From Eledone cirrhosa (taxonomy: Eukaryota), in contig OZ024742.1 in NCBI GenBank assembly GCA_964016885.1, forward strand, positions 32,364,001-32,428,000: DNA of 64,000 nucleotides. The letters run 5' to 3'. The notes below the pieces were generated by a model that was not told the DNA's origin, did not search any database, and was given only the letters and a program-made list of their open reading frames with translations. Positions 1-13,049 of this stretch are shown piece by piece (the stretch's first letter is position 1; each line of letters starts with the position of its first letter). The translations under genes and the position numbers were made by a program.

Positions 1-339
1 TTGACAGAGGAAAGGTAAATCATATTATAACAGATTAGATGGGTACTATGTTAGATATTACTATGTGTCATATTATACCAAAGAGGAAGTGTGCTGTATA
101 ATAAACATTGATATCAGGTTGATTCAATAACTACCCGGTCCCAAATATGAACCCATGAACTTATGGTCGTCAGTCAAACACTTTAACCATTGTATGTATG
201 TATGTATACACGTATGGATGGATGGATAAATGTATGTATGTGTGTATGTGTGTATACATGTATGTATGGATGGATGTATGTATGGATGTATGCATGTATG
301 TATACATTTATATATGTAAATATGTATGTGTGTATGAGA

Positions 340-2790
340 ACAACTGGAAGGACTTCAGGAGCTTGGTCCTATGAGGCTTCAGCAGAGGTCCTTGGCTTTG
401 TCACAAGAAAACAAGGACTGGTTTGATGAGAATGACCAGGAGGTCAAGGCTCTGCTAGACAGAAAACAAAAGGCACTTGATGCAGTTCTTAAAGGTGGTA
501 GCTCTGTTGGTCACAATTATGAGCATTACAGACAGGTAAAGAAGGAAGTGCAGATGAAACTCAGAGCTATGCAAAATACCTGGTGGAGCAACAAAGCAGA
601 TGAAGTTCAAGTGGCATCTGACGGCAACAATGTGAAACTGCCGCACTTTCTACTCACAGAGGTGTATGGCCCCTTTGAGATCGAAAGATGGCAAGCAATT
701 ACTGCGTGACCCAAAAGACACTCGACAGATAGAGAGATCACTTTGATGAGCTCTTAAACTAGGTTGATGATGATTTCATTTATTCCATTCCTATTGAACC
801 AGTGAAGCATATGAGATGTCTAATGTATCTTCTCTTGCAGGGGGGACTTCTGTTGTGCATAAGCTGAACTGTGGTAAGTCTCCTGGTATGGATGGTCTGA
901 GTGGAGCGGTTTTGAAGTGTTGTGGTGAAAACTTCACGCAGCGCCTGACTGACCTCATGAAAATGGTGTGGGAAGATGAGAATGTCCCACAAGAAGGATG
1001 CGCTCATGGTGATTCTCCATAAAGGAAAGGACGGCAAGGACAAATGTGGCAATTATCATGTCATATCCCTTCTTTCAGTAGTTGGTAAAGTCGTGTCGAA
1101 TATTGATGGATAGATTGATCCCAAGAGTTGCTCTGAATGTGTTGCATGAGTCGCGGTGTGGGTTCAGAAACGAAAGAGGAACAGTGGATATGATCATTTC
1201 TGTTCGGCAGCTGCAAGAAAAGTGTATCGAACAATGTATGGACCTTTACCAGGTCTTTGTTGACTTGACAAAGGCCTTTGACACTGTCAATCGAACTGCA
1301 TTATGGGAAAAAAATCAAAGGTAGGGTAGAATATTCTGCATCTTTTCCATGATGACATGAAGGCTTTGGTCAGTATTGGTGGTAGCATCTCTGAACCAAT
1401 ATCAGTTGAAAATGGAGTGAAGCAGGGGGACATTCCGGCTCCAACTCTGTTTTCCTTATATTTTACGATAGTGTTTCTCATGGCATTCAAATATTGTTCT
1501 CATGGGGTTTACATCAGGTATCGCACTTCAGGAAGGTTGTTCAACACCAGGCGCTTTGGTACAAGCACAAAAGTATTAACATCTATAATCCGAGAGTTTT
1601 TGTACGCAGACGACTGCGATCTTTTTGCACACTCACAAAGTGACATGCAGCATATTATGAATTCTTTTTCTGCAGCTTGCAGTACTTTGGGCATCACAAT
1701 AAGCTTGGAAAAGACTGTTGTGATGTATCAGCCAGCACCTGGAAACGAGTACACTGCACCAAGTGTGTACGTGTACGGAAAGAGGCTAAAAGTTGCTGAC
1801 AAGTTTGTTCACCTTGGTAGTACGTTGAACACTTCATGCACACATGATAATGAAATATCCTTAAGAATCAAGAAAGCCAGTGATGCTTTTGGACGGCTGC
1901 ATCAACGTTTATGGTCCAGACGAGGTATCACTATCGAAACCAAGGTGAAAGTGTATCTGACTTGTGTCGTCTCCTCTTTACTTTATGTTTGTGAAACGTG
2001 GGTCATATACAGAAAGCAGCTCAAGGATCTGGAGAGATTTCACCAACAATCTCTTCATAAGTTACTTGGGGTGTGGTGGAAAATGTTCGCAGTGATTTGG
2101 AAGTTCTAGAACGGAGCAGGTGCTTGACGAAAGAGAGCATAATCTTTCGGTATCGGTTGAGGTGGTGCAGTCACGTGGTCCGGATGTCTGATGATCGTAT
2201 TCCAAAGCAACTTCTCTATGGAGAACTGTGTGAAGGAAGGCGACCACCACATAAACCAAAAAGGTGGTACCGGGACTGTATCAGGGGAACCTTGGCTTGT
2301 GCTGAAATTTCATCTGACGAATGGGAGAAAATGGCTGACGAGCGTGTGAAGTGGAGACGTTTGATCAAATCAGGTGGTGAACACTTTGAAACTCGTCGGA
2401 GAGAACACCTAACACTGAAAAGGAAGGTGAGGATTGAGACTGTTCTGAACTGCCTGCTGTTGAACATCATCTGGTTTGCCAGCACTGTGGTCGAGTCAGC
2501 CTGAGCAAAGCTGGTTTGATTAGACATGAACAAAGTCATATCAGTAGACCTCATGTAGATTATGATCTGAAAAGGTGTAAGAAATGTACAAGCATGGGAG
2601 GTGTTAAAAGATACATGTGAACATACAGCCAGAACAAAGCAATGGAAGGTTTCGGGGGAGCCTAAAGTTACCATGTGTGTGCCAGAGGGTGCAAGTATTT
2701 GGCTGGTTTAAAGAGTCACATTTGTGCTTCACATTTTTGAACATTTTCTCGGGCGATGGCAATACTTGAACACGAGTTTGCAGCCATCAT
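340..2790 (+). mobile_element. Decayed RTE/BovB-type LINE (RT region to 3' end), frameshifted
   Basis: ORF pieces 371-709, 816-1022, 1082-1324, 1357-2109 and 2073-2504 give KSPGMDG, FVDLTKAFDTV, GVKQGDIPAPTLFS, LYADD and RLRWCSHVVRM..RIPKQLLYGEL. Ends in GCAGCCATCAT followed by (GTAT)n. Confidence 0.9.
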
Positions 2791-3084
2791 GTAATATGTA
2801 TGTATGTATGTGTGTATGTCGGGCCACTCTTGAGTGCTATTGGTAACATGTAACCCAGTACAACCTGTCACATGGTCGGGTCGTCGGCGACTAAACCGGC
2901 AACCCCACCAAGTTTACTTGGTGAGGAGGGTGATTTTGGACACCCTGCAGGACAAAAAACAAAACCTGACAAAGGGCGGAAGATCTCATAAGAGTCAACG
3001 GCCATCCAAAAGTGTGTAAATATGTATATACACATGTACATATGTATGTATATGTATATGTGTATATACATGGGTGCATGTGTA

Positions 3085-3445
3085 TGTACATGTGCGGGGA
3101 CATAGAAATAATCGGGCTGGACACCCGATCGCGCAGTTAAACCACTGGGAGTGAAGGACCCCTAGCCTTTGTCAGGGCATTCTTCTAGGAGAAGGTAACT
3201 CAGGAAACTGGGATAACTCCGATATAAAACCTGCGGCTCAGTAGTTACCGATGATGTTGATATTTTCTTCTTTTTGGGTTATAGCTACTGTCGCTCAGAG
3301 AGTGGGATTGGCTCAGTGCACAGTCTTTCCTCATTTAAAAAAATATCTTCATGCACAGGCATTGCACGATAGAATTAATTAATAATTATTAATAATGGTA
3401 TATCGTGCAATGGCCATACTCGATAACGAGGGGGCAGCCATCATG
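3085..3445 (+). mobile_element. Short non-autonomous element sharing the 3' end of the RTE at 340-2790
   Basis: 3' end GCAATGGCCATACTCGATAACGAGGGGGCAGCCATCATGTA resembles 2753-2793 (GCGATGGCAATACTTGAACACGAGTTTGCAGCCATCATGTA). Confidence 0.5.
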
Positions 3446-4124
3446 TATGCATGCATGCGTGTATGTATGTGTGTGTTTGAGTGTGTATATATATATATAT
3501 GTGCATGTGGGTGTGTATATATATATATCCATATACATATTTATTCAGCTGATATAGGCTGGATTGGTTGGAATATCCTGACGCGAATTATTTCTGCTCT
3601 GTTAAATCGAAACAAATCTTGACTTTTTATTTGAGGTTTTCTATATAAGAGACCGGGAGACCATGTTGATACTATGAAGGCCATTTGTCCTAAGCCGCCT
3701 GAACTATTGCTCCCGGATGAGCCCACATCATGGTACAAAGGCAACCTAAGGGCAGCAGCAACAAACTCCCTCTTACATCAATGGCCAGCCAACACAGGCT
3801 GGAGATAGAATGTGTAGCAACAAGGGCAGTACCCAATCATGGTCTCAGCCGGATGGCTGGAACAGCTAAAAGAGTATATATATATATTTAATATAGAAAT
3901 GGCTTCAACAGGACTAGAACTGTTTCATTCGGAGGAAATCATCAGAAAAGCCGACTGTCAATGTAATATGGTGGTATTTATACATTTTCTGGTGGTAGGG
4001 GAGGGTAGTAAATTGATGCTAAGTAGACAAACACATACACACTGACAGGCACTCCTAATTTTCAAGATTCATTTATTCCAAACAAAGGGTTTTCATTGAG
4101 TGGCAATATTAAAATGCTCTGCTA

Positions 4125-7100
4125 TCATCATCATCATCATCATCATCATTTTACGTCCGCTTTTCCCTGCTTGCAAGGGTGGGACAGGTCTTATTCAGCA
4201 CATCTCCACCGTGAGCTTCAATGATCTGAGGTCTGTTCTCACCACCTCCGCCCATGTTTTTCGTGGTCTACCTCTACCACGTCTTCCTTCAACTGGCAAT
4301 TCCTGGCACTTCTTCACCCATCGGTCATCCTCCATGCGCATCACATGTCCATACCACCTCAGTCTCTTCTCCTCTTCTCCCGTACACTACATTCTATCCC
4401 TCTCAGACACAGTTTCTCTCTCAACACATTTATGCTGGGTCGTTCACGCACATCCAACGGAGCATGCTTGCCTCATTTCTCTCCAGCCGTCGCATATCCT
4501 CTGCAGTTGCTGCCCATGTCTCACTACCATGCAGCATCGCGCTCCTCACACAGGCATCATACAACCGGCCTTTCGTACGCAGGGAGAAACCCTTCTTCGT
4601 CAACAGAGGAAGCAGCTCCCTAAACTTCTTCCAACCCGTCCTTATTCTAGATACTATGGCCTCGGAACACCCTCCTCCCATGCTAATCTGATCTCCTAGG
4701 TACCGGAAGCTATCCACCACTTCTATAGCGCCCTCTTGCATTTGAAAAATGTGTCTATCAGTGCGACTTTTACTGTCTAATTTCCCTGTACATCTACTGC
4801 ATACATATTTCTCCCTACCTGTAAGTTTGCCTGCTATCCCGCTACATCTCTCGTGTTCCCGGGATCTGCATTGTGTGCATTTTATAGAATTTATGCCAGT
4901 TCCTTTTCTGCATATCGAACATGGCCATTTCCCTGACGGAATCAGGGTTTTGTCCTCTTTTCTACTCATCAACACTTTTGTCTTAGCTAGATTCACTCTC
5001 AGTCCTCTTGCTTCCAACTGTTGTTTCCATAGCCAGAATTTATTCTCTAGCTCCTCTACTGATTCTGCTATAAGAACCAGATCGTCAGCATAGAGAAGTT
5101 CCCATGGACAGCCAGTCTTAAACTCCTCTGTTATGGCTTGGAGGACTATAATGAACAAGAGCGGGCTGAGGACCGAACCCTGATGTACTCCTACTTGTAT
5201 CTGGAATTCCTCACTAGACTCCATTCCTACCCTGACTTTACTGAGAGTACCTCTGTACAAAGTTTGCACTGTCCTCACAAGCCATTCCTCAACACCTAGC
5301 TTCCTTAGGGATCACCAGATGACAGATCGGGGTACCCTATCAAAGGCCTTCTCTGGGTCAACAAAGGCTAAGTATAGTGGCTTATTCTTCTCTAAGAACC
5401 TCTCTTGCAATTGTCTCACCAAGAAGAGGGCATCTGTTGTACTCTTCCCAGGCACAAAACCAAACTGCATCTCATCTAGTTTGACCCTTTATCTAATTAG
5501 TTGTGCTAAAATCCTTTCTGCCACTTTCATAACCTGATCTATCAGTTTTATACCCCTATAATTGCTCCTCTCCAAAGCATCCCCTTTACCTTTGTAGCAA
5601 TTTATGAGAATACTGCTGCACCAGTCTTTGGGTATGACACCAACATATATAGCCTGATTGATGATGCGTGCAACCAGTTTAGTGCCTACGTCCCCTGATG
5701 CCTTCAGCATCTCAGCAACTATTCCCCAAGGTCCGGCAGCCTGACCATTTTTCATTTCCCTAATCGCCTCTTGGACCCTATATTCGTCAATCTCAATAGC
5801 TAGTCCCTCTGTCGGATCTACCAAGGGTAATTTCTCTCTCTCCCATTCGTTCTCCACATTCATCAGTCTCTCATAATGACATTTCCAGGCCTCCTTTTTC
5901 TGATCATTCGTGACACTAAGTACACCGGCATCATCCCGGACACATTTATCTCCAACAACATCCTGATTTGCATTGACACACTGCCTTGCAATGTGGAACA
6001 CCGCACGCCTCTGATCTTCCCGTCGCAGAACATTGGCAAACCTCCTACTCTCTGCCTCCCTGCGTGCTAAGTACACCTGACGTCTAGCTTCTCTCTTAGT
6101 GGCTGTATATTCTTCCCTACTCCCACCCTTTTTCCAAGCCTTCCATGCTAGTCTTTTGTCTCTAATAGCCTTATCTACTGTGCTGTTCCACCACCAGGTC
6201 ACTCTCTGTCTGGTTGGAGCTCTGCTCCAGCCACAGGTTTCATCAGTAGCCTGCAGCAAGTTGTCACGTATGAAATTCCAGTTATTATCTATGCCATACG
6301 TCTCTAAATCGTCTTCTTTTTCGTCATATACATCTTGAAGGGCTTTCCTAAATTTGTATTTTAGTGAAAGGTCTTTTAGCTTCCAGACCTTTCTTCTCCA
6401 CACCTTCCTATATATCTCATTCCATCTCTTGCTTACTGAGATATCACTAACAACTAACCTATGCTGTGGGGTACATTCTTCCCCAGGGTATGCCTTGGTA
6501 TTAGACACTATCTGCCTGTCCCGCTGCCTAACGAGCAAGAAGTCAATCTGGCTTATGTGCTCACCAGATTTGTAGGTTATTAGGTGATTGGCAGGTTTCT
6601 GGAAGTTTGTGTTTCAAATAGTCAATGTACTCGCATCACAAAATTCAAGAAGTCTCACTCCTTCTTCATTTCTTGAACCGTAACCGTGCCCACCATGTAC
6701 CCCAGTGTAACCATCCTGGAGCTGTCCAACATGACCATTGAAGTCTCCTGCTAGCATAACGATGTCTCCGTCCTCTGTCATTGCGGTTGTTTGCAAAAGT
6801 TGCTCATAAAAGCAGTCTTTCTCATCTTTGCCTAGGCCTGCTTGGGGAGCATAGACCGAGATGATTGTCAGTAGTCTCCTACCTACAACTAATCTAAGCT
6901 TAATTATTCGATTACTAACTCGAACTACCTCTATTGTCTTATTGATCCATTTCTCAGCCAGGAAAATGCCTACTCCCCCTAGCCCATCATCCTTACCTAC
7001 CCGGATTAGCTTATAGCTAAGACGCTTGCCTACGACTAGTCTCGCAGAGGCACCTCTCCATCTCACCTCTTGCACGCAGCACACATCCACCTGCCTTCTC

Positions 7101-7370
7101 TCCAGCATCTCCGCTATTTCAGCAGATCTACCTCTGAGAGTGCCAACATTAAGTGTTGCAACTCTGAGATGCGACGTCTTCATATTTTGTTGTTCCTATT
7201 TGTTGCTGTGCTGATAAGCGTTTTGGCATTGATACACTGGTTGGATGCCCTTCCTAACACCAGCGCCACTTTACAGCATGGACTGGGTGCTTTTATTTGT
7301 GCCACCAGCACTAGAGAGGATGTCTTACTAGACTCAAGGGCCCTCTCTACCCCTCCATTTTACAGCATGG
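4125..7370 (-). mobile_element. Near full-length RTE-clade LINE (APE endonuclease + RT with inserted PHD-like finger), disrupted by stops/frameshifts
   Basis: 6614-7183 is APE (TLNVGTL, CVQEVRW, SVYAPQ, GDFNGHVG); 5489-6538 is linker and RT N-terminus; 4430-5278 is RT (GVHQGSVLSPLLF, LYADD). (CAT)n tail at 4125-4149. 5' limit approximate. Confidence 0.93.
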
Positions 7371-8645
7371 TCATTAAAAAAAAACAAAAAAAAACATTGA
7401 CACGACGCACACACAAACACTCACACACCAACACTCATGCATACAAACCACAACCATACACACGCCACTCACATACCAACACTCATTCATGCATACAATC
7501 ACACACACCACTCACAAACACACATATATATATACATATATTACCGACAGTACTGATACAAAATCAAAATCAAAATCAATATCATGTCAACTGTTGACCT
7601 TTCCCAGTCCAGTTCAGCTTGTATATAATAATAATAATAATTGTTTGCTTTACGCTGGTAATGGCGGTGGTGGTGGTGAATGGTGGTGGATGGTGCCAGT
7701 GTGGTGGTGGTGGATGGTCAGTGATGGTGGTGGCAGTTGTTGGTGCTGTAGTTGTTGTCGTTGTTGCTGTTGTTGTTGTTGATGTTGCTGCTGTTGTTGT
7801 TGTAGTTGTTGCTGTGTTGAAATCTGGTCGCATCCACTGAGATATACATATACACACACATATATATATATGTATATACACATACATACATCAAAAGAGT
7901 CAGCAGTATGTCAACAGGGAACAGGGAACAGGTCAGCCACCTTAGATAGAGTAATGAGTACTGTGGTGATGGTGGGAGCGAGTGTAGACATTATTGTTAT
8001 TGTGGTGGCGGGGGGGTCAGTGAGATGTACAAGTTCATAGATCACCTCTCTCTTTTCCTCTCTCTTCAAAATTTTGAATTTATGGCCTTTTGCAATGGCG
8101 GACAAGTATATATAATATATATATATATGAAGCAAAAAAAAGAAAATTTAATTGATACGAAAGATTTCCTGGTAGAAGTTCAGGTGTATTCAGTGTTGGT
8201 ATCCAGTTTCGGGGTATCCAATTAGAAAATCCAACGAATTTTTGAGAGGGGTCCACGCAAGCATTGATATATATATATGTATATATGTAAAATGTAAGCA
8301 GAAATAACAACACATATACTAATGAACATACATTAAACACAGAGGGACTGTAAATGGTAATAGCAATATTTAGATATAAATATAAATGTACATATCTCTA
8401 TTGGTCTCATAATTTTTTTTTTTTCTCTTTCCCCTTGTGTGTAGCTACACGTGGTTGTGTGTTGCTGCTGACTCTAGCAGAGCCCGAGAAAACACGTCTT
8501 GCCCTAAACAGCTGCTGCTCCCTGTAAAAGATATAAATATGTGTGTGTGTGTTCGTCTATATATATATGTGTGTGTGTGTGTGTTTGTGTATATATATAT
8601 ATGTGTGTGTGTTTGTGTATATATATATATATGTGTGTGTGTGTT

Positions 8646-8699
<54 letters not shown>

Positions 8700-8701
<2 letters not shown>

Positions 8702-9926
8702 CAAATTTCAATAATATTAAAACACCCTAATGGGGGTTAAACGCCCTATAGTGAAAAGTTTGGCCAATAAATGGGACAAGATTTTACGAACTCCTCCTAT
8801 GGTTTGGGAGATAGACCCCCATAACCATATATATTCTGAAACTACATTGCCCAGGGTACTTGTATAAGTATATTTCATTTTAATCAAAGGGTTCATCGGG
8901 GGCACAAAACCGCCGCTGAAACTTTACCTTCGATTTATATGAAATTTAAACCATAGGTAAATGATAAGATATGATGCCTATTCACAAAATTTCAGCAAAT
9001 TTCAATAAAGTTAAAATACCCTAATGGGGGTTAAACCCCATATTAGGGTTCACCGGTGGCACAAACCCCTGCTGAAAATGTTTTCCCCTCGATTTATATG
9101 CAATTTAAACCATAGATAAACGACAAGATATGATGCCTATTCACATCATTTCAGCAAATTTCAATAAAATTACAATACCCTAATGGGGGTTAAACCCCCT
9201 ATTAGGGTTCACCAGGGTGCACAAAATCCCCGCTGAAAATTTTTTCGGTTCGATTTATATGCAATTTAAACCATAGAAAAATGAAGAGATATGATGCCTA
9301 TTCACAAAATTTCAATACTATTTTAAAGGAACGATCGACTTTCGTCAAATCGGACCGAGGGAACAATGTTTCCGTTGGTCTTTCCAATTGCTAATACTAT
9401 CTATCGGTCGCAACTCCAGGTTGAAGGAGCAACGTGAAATAAAGTGTCTTGCTCAAGGACATAACGCATTGCCTGGTCCAAGAATCGAACTCACAACCTT
9501 ACGATTGCGAATCCAATTCCCTAACCAATCAGCCACACGCCTTCACTTTCAATACTATAAGACACCTTAATGGTGGTTAAACCCCCTATTAGGGTTCCCC
9601 GGGGGTACAAACCCCCACTGAAAACTTTTCCATTTTGATTTATATGAAACTTAAACCATAGGTAAATGACAAGATATGATGCCTATTCACAAAAGTTTTC
9701 AATTGATATTTTGAAAAAAATTATTTACAAGAAACAAAATAAGAATAAGATCTAATAATGCAATTTTGATTTGATATATTACAAAAAATGATGATTTCCA
9801 ATTTTTCATGCATTATATTTTACATTGATTTTTTCTCCATAAATTATATCACTGATTCAAAATCAATCATCATTTTCTTACAAAAAAAATGTGTGAAACG
9901 CGGCAAGGCGCTGGTAATTCGGCTAG
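8700..9926 (+). mobile_element. Non-autonomous Helitron-type element with internal ~170-bp tandem units
   Basis: Repeated CAAATTTCAATAA..ACCCTAATGGGGGTTAAAC..TTTAAACCATAG..GATATGATGCCTATTCACA units. Terminus GCGGCAAGGCGC..GGCTAG|T at 9900-9927 (GC-rich imperfect hairpin + CTAG before T). Confidence 0.6.
9322..9546 (-). mobile_element. tRNA-derived SINE with CORE-like domain, inserted with a 12-bp TSD
   Basis: Minus-strand A box TGGCTGATTGG, B box GTTCGATTC, then CCTTGAGCAAGACACTT. TTTCAATACTAT is duplicated at 9310-9321 and 9547-9558. Confidence 0.85.
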
Positions 9927-9974
9927 TATATATATATATGTGAGTGTGTGTGTATATATATATGTGTGTGTGTG

Positions 9975-10960
9975 TGCTCATTATGTAGGAGAGGTGTAGG
10001 TAGAAACTCCATCCTCTGCCCCATATGCAAACTATGGGTACACAAGAGATGTAGTGGGATCTCAGGAAGTTTAGTTAAGAATGTAGGTTTTACATGTACA
10101 GTTGCACCAGGACAGTAAGCAGCAAACAATCACTGAAAACAAGTGACATCAAAGTCTGGGAGGACTTGGTAAAAACAATACCGAATTAGCAGTTCTGAAA
10201 GAACGGGATGGAAGAAGTTGAGGGAACTACTGCCACAGCTGGATACAAAAGGCTTTTCTCTCAGAATAAAAGGTAGACTGTATGATGTGTGCACATGAAC
10301 GGCAATATTGCATGGTAGTGAGAGCTGGGCGCTGTGTGTAGAAGACTTGCGTAGATTAGAAAGGAATGAAGCTTGTATGCTCCAATGGATGTGTAATAGT
10401 AATATATGCGAACAGCAAAGCATAAACAAACTGAAAGAGAAACTAGGCATAAGAGGAATCAAATGTTGTGTGCAGGAGAGGAGATTATGTTGGTATGTAC
10501 ATAATTCATATGAAGGATGACAGCTACATAAAGTCCCAGAAAGACTTGAGATGAAGTGATAAAAGCCGACCTTGCCCAATTGCACCTCTAAAAGGCAATG
10601 ACACAGAACCAAGATCTCTGGGGTTATGAGGTAATACAGAAACCCCAACTTCCCACGCGCCCAGGCCAAGGCTGAAACATACATACAGTATACACCACTC
10701 CATCCCACCCACCAATATATCTTTCATGAGAACAGGCCGAAACACTGTAAAAGCAGTCGTGATGGTGACACGGTAAAAAACACCCAGTCCACACTGTAAA
10801 GTAGTCGTGGAGGAATCACAACAAAAAACACCCAGTCCACACTGTAAAGTAGTTGTGGAGGAATCACAACAAAAAACACCCAGTACTCACTGTAAATGAG
10901 CTTGGCATTAGGAAGGGCATCCAGCTGTAGAAACCAAGCCAAAATCAGTTCTTTATGAGC
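9975..10960 (+). mobile_element. Decayed RTE fragment (PHD-finger/RT C-terminus) followed by SINE-type body repeats
   Basis: Translates to ...WVHKRCSG..., GWKKLRELLP and HGSESWAL..DLRRLERNEA; homologous to 13314-14090. Confidence 0.8.
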
Positions 10961-10997
10961 AAGACATGGTCACCTGACCTAACATGGCCAACAATAG

Positions 10998-11378
10998 AAG
11001 GCACATGGCTCAGTGGTTAGAGCATTGGGCTTGCAATTGAAAGGTTGTAGTTTAATTCTCAGACCGGGTGATGTGTTGTTTCCTTGAGCAAGACACTTTA
11101 TTTCACATTGCTCCAGTTTACTCAGCTGTAGAAATGAGATGATAGGACTGGGGTCCCTATCATTTGACTGCAAAGTGGTCGTGGAGGTGCCACGGCAAAA
11201 AAAAAAATAACCCAGCACTCACTGTAAATGAGGTTGGTGTTAGGAAGGGCATCCAGCTATAGAAATCAAGACAGAATCAGTTCCTGTATAAGCAAGACAA
11301 GGTCAGCCGACTGGACACTGCCCACAACAGGACAACCCATACTAGCGTAGAAGAACTGACATAAAATGATGATGATGA
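10998..11378 (+). mobile_element. tRNA-CORE SINE with RTE-derived tail
   Basis: A box TGGCTCAGTGG, B-box-like GTTTAATTC, CCTTGAGCAAGACACTTT, GGTGTTAGGAAGGGCATCCAGC, (GAT)n tail. Confidence 0.85.
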
Positions 11379-11419
11379 AATATAACAGAGTTTTATAGCT
11401 TGCTTGAAGCATTGATGAA

Positions 11420-11785
11420 TAGGAAACACAAATTTAAATTTTGAAAACCAAGTTGAGGGCCTTTGAACCCCAGGCTATTGCAATAGCTGCTCCTGATTCT
11501 AGATGTGGAAGACGGGACATTGGTACCACACAGTGACGTCCTGTTCGAGAATTGGTCCAACTCTCAATGCGAAAGTTTGGTCTTAGTCCCCCCAGGATTT
11601 TCTATATGTATATCATTGCATATCTCTCCCATCTTCATTCCGAGGAGTAGAGTTTCAGTTCTTTTAGACTCTCCCAGTAGTTTATCTCCTTCATCGTGGC
11701 AACCTTCTTGGTGTAGCTTCATTGGATTGCTTCAAGCTCCATGGTTAGTTTGATACTATGGGGTGACCACAGCTGGGAGCATTCA
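11420..11785 (-). mobile_element. CR1/L2-group LINE RT C-terminal relic
   Basis: Minus-strand translation LEAIQ*SYTKKVATMKEINYWESLKELKLYSSE*RWERYAMIY resembles the CR1-group LExxQ..Y.ERL..L.LYSLERRRERY motif. Confidence 0.7.
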
Positions 11786-12148
11786 TCATCATTTCATTTT
11801 ACGTCCACTTTTTCCCTGCTTGCAAGGGTGGGATGGGAACTGATTCTGGCTTGATTTCTACAGCTGGATGCCCTTCCTAACACCAACCTCATTTACAGTG
11901 AGTGCTGGGTGCTTTTTTCCCGTGGCACCTCCACATCCACTTTACAGTGTGGGCTGGGTGCTTTTTTGCCGTGGCACCTCCACGACCACTTTGCAGTGGA
12001 ATGATAGGGACCCCAGTCCTATCATCTCATTTCTACAGCTGAGTAAAGTGGAGCAATGTGAAATAAAGTGTCTTGCTCAAGGAAACAACACATCACCTGG
12101 TGTGAGAATTGAACTCACAACATTTCGATTGCAAGGCCAATGCTCTCA
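11783..12148 (-). mobile_element. tRNA-CORE SINE with RTE 3' tail (head truncated)
   Basis: Same family as 19030-19365 and 60170-60485; begins with the RTE 3' terminus TTTTACGTCCACTTTTTCCCTGCTTGCAAGGGTGGGA. Confidence 0.85.
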
Positions 12149-12210
12149 ATATGTATGTATATATATATATACACACATATATATAAACTAATATATACAC
12201 ACACACACAC

Positions 12211-13037
12211 TGACCGCTCATGAAATTCACCCAGCTTTTGCTGACCGGATAACCATCATGTTGCTTGCTGTTTTCCTACCTTCGGTTTGCTTTTCCTTCT
12301 ATGTTGTTTACTTGTCTCACTCACTTTACACGATTCACTTGTCCCAATAGCTTATTTTAGTTATTGCTCGCACCAACCTGAGGTATCTGATTTTTAATGC
12401 GATGAAATACCAATGATGGTTGGCAAATCACTGATGAGGGACTAATTTTATAATATGTAACCCATGTGCAACCACGCAGTATTCCCCTTTCTTCCCATGT
12501 TTTTCATACATATTTACCTCGACTGCGATTATCTGTTTCTCTCTTTCTCTCTTACTGCTCCCCTGTTCTCTCTGTTTCTCTCACCTTCTTTCGCCCCCTC
12601 TGTCAGTTACACTTTCTCTCGACTGACCTCTTCCTCGCACTCACTCACTCTCTGTTTCTCCGCTTCTCATTTCCTCCCGTTCGTTAGTAGTGGGGTTCTT
12701 TCTTTCTCACATCTCATTCACGGAGGACGGTCTGTTTTCTGACCACTCATGAAATTCACCCAGCTTATGCTGACCGGATAACCATCATGTTGCTTGCTGT
12801 TTTCCTACCTTCGGTTTTCTTTTCCTTCTATGTTGTTTACTTGTCTCACTCACTTTACACGATTCACTTGTCCCAATAGCTTATTTTAGTTATTGCTCGC
12901 ACCAACCTGAGGTATCTGATTTTTAATGCGATGAAATACCAATGATGGTTGGCAAATCACTAATGAGGGACTAATTTTATAATATGTAACCCATGTGCAA
13001 CCACGAAGTATTCCCCTTTCTTCCCATGTTATTCATA
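12211..13037. repeat. Partial tandem duplication: ~300-bp direct repeats with period 529 bp, inside (TA)/(CA) microsatellite
   Basis: 12211-12510 is nearly identical to 12740-13037. Confidence 0.9.
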
Positions 13038-13049
13038 TATATATATATC

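Noticed and set aside
7489-8740. Poly-Q/T/V/C and YIYI ORFs here and at 38180-39327 and 52833-54753
   Set aside because: Microsatellite translations without domain motifs.
8700-9700. CRISPR-like array
   Set aside because: Whole units are repeated with no unique spacers, the context is eukaryotic, and there are no cas genes.
10998-11075. tRNA gene
   Set aside because: A/B boxes are present but lead straight into CORE-like SINE sequence; there are many diverged copies and no intact cloverleaf.
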